64,000 nt of DNA. Source: Flavobacteriales bacterium. GTDB lineage: Bacteria; Bacteroidota; Bacteroidia; Flavobacteriales_F; PHOS-HE28. This document shows, piece after piece, positions 44,215 to 54,000 of the stretch. Within the stretch, counting starts at the first letter, position 1; every line of letters starts with the position of its first letter. Made by a program: the position numbers and the translations under genes. The notes beneath the pieces are model-generated. The model ran no database searches, was not told the DNA's origin, and saw only the letters and a list, made by a program, of their open reading frames with translations. The stretch lies in the NCBI GenBank assembly GCA_020635655.1, contig JACJZI010000010.1, forward strand, positions 12,800 through 76,799. The letters run 5' to 3'.

Positions 44215-47200
44215 CGGATCACGGTGATGTTGCCCTTGAAGAACCGACTTTGCCCATCGACGCAGGTGACCTGCAAGTGGTAGACGAATACAGCGGGATC
44301 GACCGGTTTCCCGTTGAAGGTGCCGTCCCACCCGACGCTCTGATCGGTGGTCTCGAAGACCTTCTCGCCCCAACGGTCGAAGATCTGGAGCTCCATCGCG
44401 CTGATGAACCGGCCGCGCACATAGAGCACGTCATTGCTGCCATCGCCGTTCGGGCTGAAGGCGTTGGGCAGGAAGATATCCGGCTCGTCGCACAATAGCT
44501 CGTGCACCGTGACCAGTACCGAATCATCCTTTGTGCAAATGCCATCGGAGATCGTCACATGGAACCAAGTGGTGTTCTGCACAATGGCCGTGGGCGCCCC
44601 CGAGTTCGGGTCGCTCACCAGGTCCGCAGGCGACCAGGAATAGGTGACGCCGGATGTCGGTGTGGCGGCGAGATGCACCAGTGTGCCGGACAGCACGATC
44701 GTCTGGTCCACGGTCGCATGCGCCTCGCTACCGTTCACGGGGGAGACCTGTACCGTGATCGCGCTCGTCCAGGGACAACCGGCCGGACTGGTAACGGCCA
44801 CCGTATAGGCGGAAGTTTCGGACGGGCTCACGGTGGCGATGGTCGTCCCTTGACCGGAGAGGATCGCATTGGAGGGGCTCCAGACGATGGAGGATCCTGG
44901 GTCGATGCCGGTCAGGAGCAGTTGGGCCTGGTCATCCGCACAAATGAGCGAATCCCCGGTCAGTTGAGGATCCGCGAGGGAGACGCCGACCACCACGCTG
45001 TCCACGGCGGGACACGCCGATCCATTGTTCGCCGCGATGTAGTAGATGCCTGCAATGGCGGGTGTGATCGTCGCCGTGCTGTCCTGAGGGCCGTTGTTGA
45101 GCCAGTCCGTGAAGAGCGGCGAGGTGGCCCAATGGAAATCCGAGGCCGTCCCCTGGCTGTTGGCCACCAGGGTGAATGCGTCCAACGGACCACAGAGCAA
45201 GGTGTCGTTCAGAGCGGCGAGCACGGGTCCGGCAGCACCAACGACCAGGGTGAGGGTGGCGACATCCTGACCGTTGCACGAGTTCGGATCGGTGGCGGTG
45301 AGCGTGACCGTATAGGTCCCGGGCGTGCTGTACGCATGTGTGGGCTGTACCGCTGTGGAGGTGGTCTGGTCGCCCAGGTCCCACAGGTAGTTCGCTCCAG
45401 GGCTGCTGTGGTTCTCGAAGGGGACCGGGGCATCCGCACAGACCGTGTCGGGAGCATCGATCACCGCGACCACCAGCGGCGCGTCGAAATCGAACTTGAA
45501 GACGGCGTTGTTGCAGTTGGAGCTGTTGTTCGTGGAGGACCAGGCACCCGGGGTGGTGGGGAAATCATCATGTCCTCCGCATCCGGCACATACGGATTCA
45601 TACACACGTCCGCGACGATCGAACCGGCTGGTGCCCCCATCGACGTGCTCATGGCTTTGCGGACCACCCATGTACGTGGCGTAGGTCAGTCCTTGCATGT
45701 CGATATCGAACACGGCCAGGTAGAAATCGTTGCCATCGGTCGTGGATTGGTAGGCATCCGGAGTGATCGGCAGGCCGTTGGTGCTCAGAGGGGCGCCGAT
45801 CCCGATCGTGCTGCCCCAGCCACATATGTAGATCTTGTCGCAGTAGTCGACCAGGAAGGCCGTGGGCGAAATGTCGGGGGTGCCATCGCCGGACCCGACC
45901 CGCGAACTCCAGATCACACTGGTCAGGCCCGCATTGAACTTGGTGAGGAGCTGACCCCCGGTGGGTATGTTGTAGGGCGCGTTGCTGATCAGATCGTTCG
46001 CTGGTGCCGCGGTCTGGCCCAGGATATATACGCTGTCCGACCCGTCGATCTCCACGAAGTACGCCTGATCGTAGGCGCTGCTGCCCCAGTAGGTGCATAT
46101 GGAGATCGTATTGAGCGCCGGTGGCAGTTGGAGCAGGAACGCGTCCGCGGCACCTCCCGAATTGACCGGACCGACGACACCCGGTGTGACGGGCAGATCG
46201 GTGCTGGTGGTGCCACCGCAAAGCACAAGGTCGCCCATGCTGTTCAGCGCTTCGGAATAAATGGCGTCATCACCCGTCCCGCCGAAATAGCTGCCGTATT
46301 GCAGTGTGGTCAGGTCCGCATCGAACCGGGCGATGTAGCCATCCTGACCGCCGGCATTCGCGCCTTGGATGTTCCCCGGTGTGATGGGCATGTCGGTGCT
46401 TGCCGTGCTGCTGGCGATGACCACGCGACCCTGATCGTCCAGGAGCACCTCTCCCCGGACCTCATCGGCATAGTTGAACTTGAGGGCAGGTGCGTAGTTC
46501 AGACCGTCGTTGTCCGATCCTCCGAGATACGTGCTCGCCTGGAGATCCGATCCATCGGCACTGAGCCGGGAGATGATCATGTCGGAACCGTTCGGGAAGC
46601 TCACACCCAGACCGCCTGGAGTGAATACCGGGCCTCCTCCGAAGGACTGGTCGAAGCCGTTCACTGTTGTTGGATAGTCCGGGGACCCCGTGCTGCCCAG
46701 TACGTACAGCTCGTCGTCCCCGTCCACGATAAGGCTGTGCGGCAGTTCGTCGCCCTGCCCCCCCAGGAAGGTGGCCCAGATGATGAACGTACCTGTAGTG
46801 TCGTATTTCGTGATCGCGATGTCCGTCCCCTGGATCGTGCCCTGCCCATCACCACCCGCCCAGGTGGTCTGATAGGCGCCCATCGTCACCGGATAGTTCT
46901 GCCCGAACGCCGTGCTCCCGGAATACAGGAACCCCGCGTTATCGTAGGTCGCTGAATAGCCAAAGTTGTCGCTTAGCGATCCGGAGAAGGTCGAGAAGAC
47001 CAGCGTCGGGTCGATCACGAGCGGATGGTCCTTGTCGTAGGGCCCGGGTCGGAACCAGAACATCCGCCCATCGGTCCGATAGCTGCATGATACCGGAACG
47101 CGTTCACCATTGATGTCCTGATAGGCCAGGGGTACCCGTTCTTCAAGGTCTCCCAGGGAAGTGTGGATGACCAGTGAACCATGTTTGACATCGAGTCCGT

Positions 47201-47771
47201 CCGCTCCTTCATAGGTGAACTTGAAAGCAGGCACGTCATGGCCGGGTGCGATGATCAGGTCGTACTTGAAAACTTGGTCTGACGGATGGACCACGAGCGA
47301 GAGACCTTCCATCACGTCGTTCATGCGCAGGCCGCGGAAACAGGCGGCATGCGAGGCCCATCGTGCGGGGTCGTCGCCGATGAAATAATTGTTGTAACGC
47401 GCCTCGGGCCATGTCCCGGTCATGCGGGCATTCCCAGCGGCACCGATGGCCTTGAAACGCAGGGCATGGTGTCGTATCGTTCGTCCTGCATTCGGGTCAT
47501 AGTGATCGACATCCGGGGCATGAAGGGCCCCGATCGCCTGCGCATCCAACAGGTCGATCACCATGGACCCGCGCTCGCACCAGAAGGTCCGATCGCCCGC
47601 GTCCGCCCGATAGGTCACCGCGTCGGGCCATTGCCCCTTGTTCTCCACGAAGGAGATGGAAGGAACATATTGCCCCTGAGCGGCACCCGCCCAGAGGGTC
47701 GCAAGACCCAAGAGAAGGACCCCCGGCAGCGGTCCATGGCATGATCGGCTCACTGCGCCCGAATTTAGCAT
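44211..47771 (-). CDS. Large cell-surface adhesin-like protein with SBBP beta-propeller repeats, Ig/PKD-like domains and a type B T9SS C-terminal domain (gliding-motility-associated CTD).
   Basis: C-terminus FLPNAFSPNGDGSNDVLYVRGRFISAMELQIFDRWGEKVFE...WDGTFNGKPVDPAVFVYHLQV is the type B CTD signature. Signal peptide MLNSGAVSRS..LLLGLATLWAGAAQGQ. Confidence 0.8.
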   Translation of the reverse strand: MLNSGAVSRSCHGPLPGVLLLGLATLWAGAAQGQYVPSISFVENKGQWPDAVTYRADAGDRTFWCERGSMVIDLLDAQAIGALHAPDVDHYDPNAGRTIRHHALRFKAIGAAGNARMTGTWPEARYNNYFIGDDPARWASHAACFRGLRMNDVMEGLSLVVHPSDQVFKYDLIIAPGHDVPAFKFTYEGADGLDVKHGSLVIHTSLGDLEERVPLAYQDINGERVPVSCSYRTDGRMFWFRPGPYDKDHPLVIDPTLVFSTFSGSLSDNFGYSATYDNAGFLYSGSTAFGQNYPVTMGAYQTTWAGGDGQGTIQGTDIAITKYDTTGTFIIWATFLGGQGDELPHSLIVDGDDELYVLGSTGSPDYPTTVNGFDQSFGGGPVFTPGGLGVSFPNGSDMIISRLSADGSDLQASTYLGGSDNDGLNYAPALKFNYADEVRGEVLLDDQGRVVIASSTASTDMPITPGNIQGANAGGQDGYIARFDADLTTLQYGSYFGGTGDDAIYSEALNSMGDLVLCGGTTSTDLPVTPGVVGPVNSGGAADAFLLQLPPALNTISICTYWGSSAYDQAYFVEIDGSDSVYILGQTAAPANDLISNAPYNIPTGGQLLTKFNAGLTSVIWSSRVGSGDGTPDISPTAFLVDYCDKIYICGWGSTIGIGAPLSTNGLPITPDAYQSTTDGNDFYLAVFDIDMQGLTYATYMGGPQSHEHVDGGTSRFDRRGRVYESVCAGCGGHDDFPTTPGAWSSTNNSSNCNNAVFKFDFDAPLVVAVIDAPDTVCADAPVPFENHSSPGANYLWDLGDQTTSTAVQPTHAYSTPGTYTVTLTATDPNSCNGQDVATLTLVVGAAGPVLAALNDTLLCGPLDAFTLVANSQGTASDFHWATSPLFTDWLNNGPQDSTATITPAIAGIYYIAANNGSACPAVDSVVVGVSLADPQLTGDSLICADDQAQLLLTGIDPGSSIVWSPSNAILSGQGTTIATVSPSETSAYTVAVTSPAGCPWTSAITVQVSPVNGSEAHATVDQTIVLSGTLVHLAATPTSGVTYSWSPADLVSDPNSGAPTAIVQNTTWFHVTISDGICTKDDSVLVTVHELLCDEPDIFLPNAFSPNGDGSNDVLYVRGRFISAMELQIFDRWGEKVFETTDQSVGWDGTFNGKPVDPAVFVYHLQVTCVDGQSRFFKGNITVIR

Positions 47772-47899
47772 CGGGCCATGTCCCTTTCCCTTCAGGATGG
47801 AGAAACGCGAAAGGGCATGCACCCTTCACACGGACGTACGACAGGTCCGATCCGACCGCCGGGTACCAGCGCATGGGCCAACGAGTGCCCCCGATGGGA

Positions 47900-50095
47900 C
47901 TAATGCACCGGTCCGATGCGGATCTGTTGAGCCTGGTCCTGCCTGCGAAGGTTGAACCGGAAATCAACGCGTCGGTTCCGGCTGCGGCCGGCCTCCGTGC
48001 GATCGTCGGCGATGGGTTGTGATTCCCCATAGCCGACCGCGAAGAGCCGGTCCGGATCGATGCCCGCGGTTCGGAAGTGTGCGACCAGTGCTTGAGCACG
48101 TAGTTCGCTCAGGTCCATGTTATGCGTTTCGGTGCCGCGTGCGTCCGTATGGGCCTCGATCACCAGACCGGCGTCCGGATGATCCTTCAGGATCTTCACG
48201 AGCGTGTCCAATTGCGGGAGGAACCGCGCATCGATCTCGGCCTTGTCGGTGGCGAAGTAGACGGAACTGGACCGAACGACCGTGTTGTTCAGGTCCTCCA
48301 TCTGAAGTTGGGCGAGACGGCTCATATCGGTCACCTTTTCCGGGGCGATGGTCATCACCTCACCGTCCAGGAACTTCAGCTCCTTCACCTTCTTCAGAAC
48401 GGCGTACATCTCCTCGATACTGTTCGCATTGCCGACCGAATACGTGTACATGCCGCGCTCCGGGTCGAAACGTTCGATCACCCGATAGTACTTGCGGATC
48501 TCCGTGAACCGGGCATCGTTGAGCGACATGCGTTCCCGGGTCGCAAAGAGCTCGACAGTGAACTTCACGTCCTCGCCTTCCTTCACCGCCAGCTCGAATT
48601 GGTCGGAAGGAAGGGTCTGGTAGGCGAATTCGCGCGTGATGCCGTTCGCGTCCTGGTAGCTCGCCACAACGGCATCTTCTTCGTCCTTGAAGCGGTCGAT
48701 CACCACGATGCTCCGGGTGATGCACTGGTTGACGAGCACCCCCGATCGGGTATCCGTCGTCAGCACGTCCAATCGGACCGCATAGGTGCCGGGCTGCTTG
48801 TAGGCGTGGGTGATCCGGTCGCCCCGCAGTTCGGAACCATCACCCATGTCCCAGCGCATGTCCTCGATGAACTGGTCCGGGAGGTTGGTGTGAAGACCAT
48901 TGAGCCGCAACTGCCTGTTCGTACGAACGGAGTCGGGCGTGGCGATGAAGGGCTGTCGGATATCGGCCACCTCGAGCTCCTTGCGTGCTTCCGTGAAGAA
49001 GACCGAGTTGTCCGTGGTGTCGATCAGGTCCAGATGCACATTGTACACGCCAGGTCCGGCGTAGCAATGCCTGGCCATGGTCCCGTCCACCAGGGTCCCA
49101 TCACCGAGGTCCCAGCGGTATTTCAATGGGAGGCCCTTCATGGGTCGGGTCCGGCCCTCGTCGAACTGGTAGCAGTAGTTGTTCTCCGCCTGCTCCTGGC
49201 AATCCATGAAACGGGGCAACGTCTTCGTGAACAGATAGATGGCATCCGATCCATCCCGATCCGAACTGAACGCCCCGCTGACGTCGGTCGGGAATGCGGT
49301 GTACCCGATGTCGTTCCCAGCGGAGTTCAGGGGTTCCGGAAGGTCCACGGGCCCGGACCAACCACCGCCTCGCGGCTGGGCTGCATAGATGTCCAGTTGG
49401 CCATGCCCTCCGGGACGTGAGGAGGAGAAATAGAGGGTCCCGTTCGGATGGAGGAAGGGGAACACCTCGTTATCGGGGCCGTTGATCGCCGGACCGAGGT
49501 TCTCCGGTCGGGTCCAACGGCCATCCTGTGAAATACAACGGTAGAGGTCCATTCCGCCGAACCCGCCGGGCCGGTCGGATGCGAATATCAGCACGGTCCC
49601 ATCTGCCGAAATGGTGGGGTGGACATTGGAAAAAGCTGGATCGTTGTAGTCAAATGCGACGACACGCTCATCACCGGACCGCTCTGCGAAGAACAGTCCC
49701 AATGCGGCGCCACCTCCCCTTATCCTGGCCGGATGCCTGGGGTCGCCCAGGTTGCGGGTGAAGCAGATCGTGCGGTGGTCCGGTGAAAAGGTCGCGGGTC
49801 CGTCGTTCAGCGGTGAAGCGAGCACCTCGCTCAACAGTTCACAGTTCGTCGGACCGTGGTCGGGATAACGTGCGATGTAAAGGTCGGAGAGGGGTTTGTC
49901 GTTGTCCGCCTGGACCACGTGCACCATGCCCGGTCGGTCGCGCAGTGAACAGAAGACCAGGTTGCTGTCCAGGAGCACCGGAGCATAGTCCTCCGCCGCC
50001 GGTCCGATCGCTGCGTGTTCCACTTCATAGGTCCACTGGCCCTTTGCGCAGACAGCGAGCAGGAGCCATGGCAGTATGTGGAGCAGGCGCTTCAT
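47900..50095 (-). CDS. OmpA-family protein. Domains in order: signal peptide, PD40/TolB-type beta-propeller, two PKD domains, OmpA_C peptidoglycan-binding domain.
   Basis: PKD signatures WDLGDGTLVDG...GPGVYNVHL and WDMGDGSELRG...GTYAVRLDV. OmpA_C block EAHTDARGTETHNMDLSELRAQALVAHF...NRRVDFRF. Start is 5 nt after the PorP/SprF stop. Confidence 0.8.
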   Translation of the reverse strand: MKRLLHILPWLLLAVCAKGQWTYEVEHAAIGPAAEDYAPVLLDSNLVFCSLRDRPGMVHVVQADNDKPLSDLYIARYPDHGPTNCELLSEVLASPLNDGPATFSPDHRTICFTRNLGDPRHPARIRGGGAALGLFFAERSGDERVVAFDYNDPAFSNVHPTISADGTVLIFASDRPGGFGGMDLYRCISQDGRWTRPENLGPAINGPDNEVFPFLHPNGTLYFSSSRPGGHGQLDIYAAQPRGGGWSGPVDLPEPLNSAGNDIGYTAFPTDVSGAFSSDRDGSDAIYLFTKTLPRFMDCQEQAENNYCYQFDEGRTRPMKGLPLKYRWDLGDGTLVDGTMARHCYAGPGVYNVHLDLIDTTDNSVFFTEARKELEVADIRQPFIATPDSVRTNRQLRLNGLHTNLPDQFIEDMRWDMGDGSELRGDRITHAYKQPGTYAVRLDVLTTDTRSGVLVNQCITRSIVVIDRFKDEEDAVVASYQDANGITREFAYQTLPSDQFELAVKEGEDVKFTVELFATRERMSLNDARFTEIRKYYRVIERFDPERGMYTYSVGNANSIEEMYAVLKKVKELKFLDGEVMTIAPEKVTDMSRLAQLQMEDLNNTVVRSSSVYFATDKAEIDARFLPQLDTLVKILKDHPDAGLVIEAHTDARGTETHNMDLSELRAQALVAHFRTAGIDPDRLFAVGYGESQPIADDRTEAGRSRNRRVDFRFNLRRQDQAQQIRIGPVH

Positions 50096-50100
50096 CGGCT

Positions 50101-51024
50101 TCAGAAGTACCGGGGGTCGCGCACACGGATCCGGTAGCCCAGTTCATACTGGACCATCAGTTCATGTGTCCCGCCGTGGTAGGGCGAGATGGCCGAAAGG
50201 CCGAGATCATAGGAGTAGCCCACCCGCCATTGCGGGGTCGGAAGCACTTCGAACATGCCGACGACCGCATCGTTCGTCCGGTAGCTCAGACCGGTCCAGA
50301 AGCGGTCCTTCACGATCAGGTTGACACTGATGTCGGCTTGTAGGGAGGAGGATGCCTGGTACCGCAGCAGCCCCGTGGGTTTCAATTTCAGGTCGCGGTC
50401 CAATTTGAACACATAACCACCGGTAAGCATCGGCTGATACTGCCGGGCGTCGTTCTCCACGATGTAGGTATTGCGCTCCCGGTCGAATTTGCGCGAAAGG
50501 AAGAACGGCAGTGAAGCGCCGACGAAATAGACCTTGCTGTAGTAGTAAAGTCCCGCGCTGAAGTTCGGGCGAACGGCCATGCGTGTGTCGCTGGCGAAGA
50601 CTGCATCGTTCGACTCCTGAAGATCGACCTGGCTCCATTGGGCCTGTAGCGCGTTGATCCCTCCGCCAAGTCCCATGGAGAGCTTCCCCTTGCCCAACGG
50701 CAGCCGGTAGGCATAGTTGAGCAGGAGCCCGGTCTCGTTGCTCACGCCCAGACGATCATTGTAGAGGATCGCGCCGAGCCCCATCCGCGTTCGTTTGATC
50801 GGTGAATGGATGCTCAGCATGGCCGTCTTCGGTGCGCCCTCGAAACCGGTCCATTGGTCGCGATAGGTCAGGTTGATGGCCATGGCGTCCCGGCTGCCGG
50901 CATAGGCCGGATCGATCAGCAATCCATTGAACAGATATTGGCTGGTCAATGGGGTGTGCTGGGCCCGGGCATGCATCGTCAGGACCACGCCCAGAAGGGG
51001 GAGGATGTACCTGTGGAACCTCAC
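50101..51024 (-). CDS. T9SS membrane protein PorP/SprF family (second paralogue).
   Basis: HTPLTSQYLFNGLLIDPAYAGSRDAMAINLTYRDQW matches the PorP/SprF N-terminal signature. 4-nt overlap with the upstream giant adhesin gene. Confidence 0.85.
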   Translation of the reverse strand: MRFHRYILPLLGVVLTMHARAQHTPLTSQYLFNGLLIDPAYAGSRDAMAINLTYRDQWTGFEGAPKTAMLSIHSPIKRTRMGLGAILYNDRLGVSNETGLLLNYAYRLPLGKGKLSMGLGGGINALQAQWSQVDLQESNDAVFASDTRMAVRPNFSAGLYYYSKVYFVGASLPFFLSRKFDRERNTYIVENDARQYQPMLTGGYVFKLDRDLKLKPTGLLRYQASSSLQADISVNLIVKDRFWTGLSYRTNDAVVGMFEVLPTPQWRVGYSYDLGLSAISPYHGGTHELMVQYELGYRIRVRDPRYF

Positions 51025-54000
51025 CGTTTGATGATCACAGTGCCTTTGTACGTGGTTCCGTCACCGAGGTTCAGGACATAGAAATAGGTGTCGTCCGGCA
51101 GGGCCGGTCCCGCCCGTCCATGGCCATCCCACGTGTTGGTGTACGGACCGGCCTGATAGACCAACCGGCCCCAACGGTCGAACACCAGCAGCTCGTTCTC
51201 CGGATAGGCGGAGATGCCGGTGATCTCGAAACGGTCGTTCACTTCATCACCGTTCGGCGAGAAGCCCTCGGGGATGAACAGGTCGGCGACCTGGATCAGG
51301 ACCGTGTCCGAGGTCGAAGCACAGGGACCGAGCGAGGCCGTGAGCATGAAGGCGTTCGTACCGATGCCGAGGCCGGAGACCTCCGTGGTCGCCTGTTGGG
51401 GATCGGTGACGACACCGCTGCCCAAGAGGAGTTCCCAGTGCAGGTCGGCCGCAGGGTCCGCGTCGCCATGCAACGTGGTGTTCGTTACGATGGCCAGTTG
51501 TTGGTCCGGGCCAGCGTTCACCCAGATGTTCGTTCCGGGATCGACGATGGTCACCGTCATCAGGTCACTGGCGTAGCATTGGCCGTCGCCGACGGTCCAG
51601 GTCAGCGGATAGCTCCCCGGTGCAGTGGCCGTGACGATCGCGTGCGGGTCGTTCACATTGCTGAAGGAGATCATGGCGGGGCCGCTCCATGTGCCCACGG
51701 CCTGTTCCAGCGAGGCCCCGAGCTGTCCGGAGAGCCCGCAGAACGTCGTGTCCGGTCCGGCGTTGGCCGTTGGTCCGGGAAGCACGGTGATACTGTTGTC
51801 CATGGCTACGGTGCAGTCCGCGTCACCGACGGTGTAGGTCAGTGTGATCGTTCCGGACAACCCCGAGGGATCGAAGGAGCCGCTACCGATGCCGGGGCCG
51901 GACCATGCCCCCCCCAGATCGCCGGTCACCCAGATATCGGGATCCACCGGACCGTTCGATGCGCAGATGGTCCCCGGAGAGGTCCAGGTCGCATTGGCGG
52001 CCATTGTGATGGTCAACGTTTGCGACGACGTTGATGTGCAGGTCGTTCCGATGGTATGGGTGATGAGGTACGCGCCGGGCGTGCTCGCATCCAGATCGAT
52101 GGCGCCCGTGGCGGGGTCGATGGCCAGTCCGGCGGTATCCACGGAGAACGTTCCACCCTGTTCCGCGACCCAAGGCGAGGGGTCCATGGAGGCGGTGCAA
52201 TAGATCGATGCGGCATATGCGAAGGCCGCATCGGGAAGGTCCAGCGTTCCAGCGCAATTGCAGTTGCCGTCCCAGGTGTCATTGACCGTGCAGGGATCGC
52301 CATCGTCACAGCTTGTGCCAGGCAGGGCGGACCCTCCAGGAACACCTTCACAGTCGGTGGCCAGCGGGGTGCCGACACAGTTGCAGTTGGCGTCGAACGT
52401 GTCGTTGGTGGTGTTGGGGTCGCCGTCATCGCAGGCGGTTCCCGGCAGGGCGGACCCTCCGGCGTTGCCTTCGCAATCGATCAGTAGACCAGCACAGTTG
52501 CAGGAAGCATCCCAGGTGTCACCGCCCGTGTTGGGGTCGCCGTCATCGCAGGCCGTGCCCGGCAGGGCGGACCCTCCGGCGTTGCCTTCACAGTCGATGG
52601 TCAGTCCGGCGCAGTTGCAGGCGGCATCCCAGGTGTCACCACCGGTGTTGGGGTCGCCGTCATCGCAAGCGGTTCCGGGCAGGGCGGTACCATCTGCGAT
52701 CCCGGCACAATCCAACACTCTGACCGTGACATTGAATGAACAGGATGCCGAGTTGCCATGAGCATCGTTCGAAGTGTAGGAAAGAAGTGTGGTCCCTATC
52801 GTACACCAGATACTGTCTTCTGGTGCGGGCGAGATCGTGGGAGTGCCGCAATTGTCCGTGGCAACTACTGTTGGGTGGAACCAGACACCGGTCGAACCGA
52901 TCTGAAGATCGATGATCGTATCCCCATTGCACTGGATTGTTGGTGGTTGGTCGTCCACCAGGTCCACTTGGACCGTGCACGAGGAGCTATTGCCGAACAT
53001 ATCGGTCAGTTCCAGTGTCACCGTCGTTGCGGTGGATATCGCGCTGCCGGCTGGTATGGATTGGGCGGCAATGATGGTACCGGAACAATCTTCTGCATTG
53101 GTCACCAGAGCGGCCAGATCGGGCATCACTCCCGTACAGGTCGACATCGGTACGATCTGGGCTCCAGGGCAGGTGAATTGAGGCGGTGTGTTATCAATGA
53201 TGTGTACCCAATCCTGGTTCAGGAAGGTGTTGCCCCAGCTGTCCGTGATCGTCATGACCTGAAGCAAGGTGGTATCTCCATGGAACACGGTGCCGGGAGC
53301 GGGGTCCTGGACATTGGTCCACGGGCTGCAGTCGCTGACCGTGACCGTGTCACGCAGGTCCGGATAGATCAGTTCACAATCCTCTCCGAGATAGAGTTCA
53401 ACGACCGCGGGCAGGGGGCATTCCACATCGGGCGGGTCGGCATCGATGACGGAAAGATGGAAACGGCAGGTCGCCGTGTTCCCAGAGCCGTCGACCGCTT
53501 CATAATACACGGTATCGGACCCGATCGGGACGGGGGAACCCAGGGCCGGTCCCTCGACCTGCGTGAGGGTCACGCTGCCACATGCATCCACAGCCTGCGG
53601 CAGGTTCCATTGGGCCAGTGCCGTGCAATCGTCCGGGTCCGCTGTCAAGTTGATGTTCCCCGGACAGTAGGTGATCACCGGATCCGTATTGTCCAGAACG
53701 GTGACCTGGTAGGAACAGGAATCGGCGTTCATGCCATCGGTCCAGACCTCGGTGATGAGGTGCGTGCCGACGGGGAGCGTTTCGTTCAGGTTGGCCGATG
53801 TCTGCACCGGAGTGGAGGAACCATCGGTCAGCAGGTAGCGTTGGTGGGTCAATGGACCGCAATCGGGATCGGCGGTCAGTACGGGGTAGGTGAACACCGC
53901 CGTGCAGGTATTGGCGTCGGCGGTCAGTTCGATGTCCTGTGCGGGACAGTTGTTGATGTGCGGCGGAATGCTGTCGATCACGTCGAGCGCGAACGCGCAC

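Noticed and set aside
44502-46955. 817-aa plus-strand ORF.
   Set aside because: Antisense to the type-B-CTD adhesin gene. Arg/Gly/Val-rich with no domain signatures. GC artefact.
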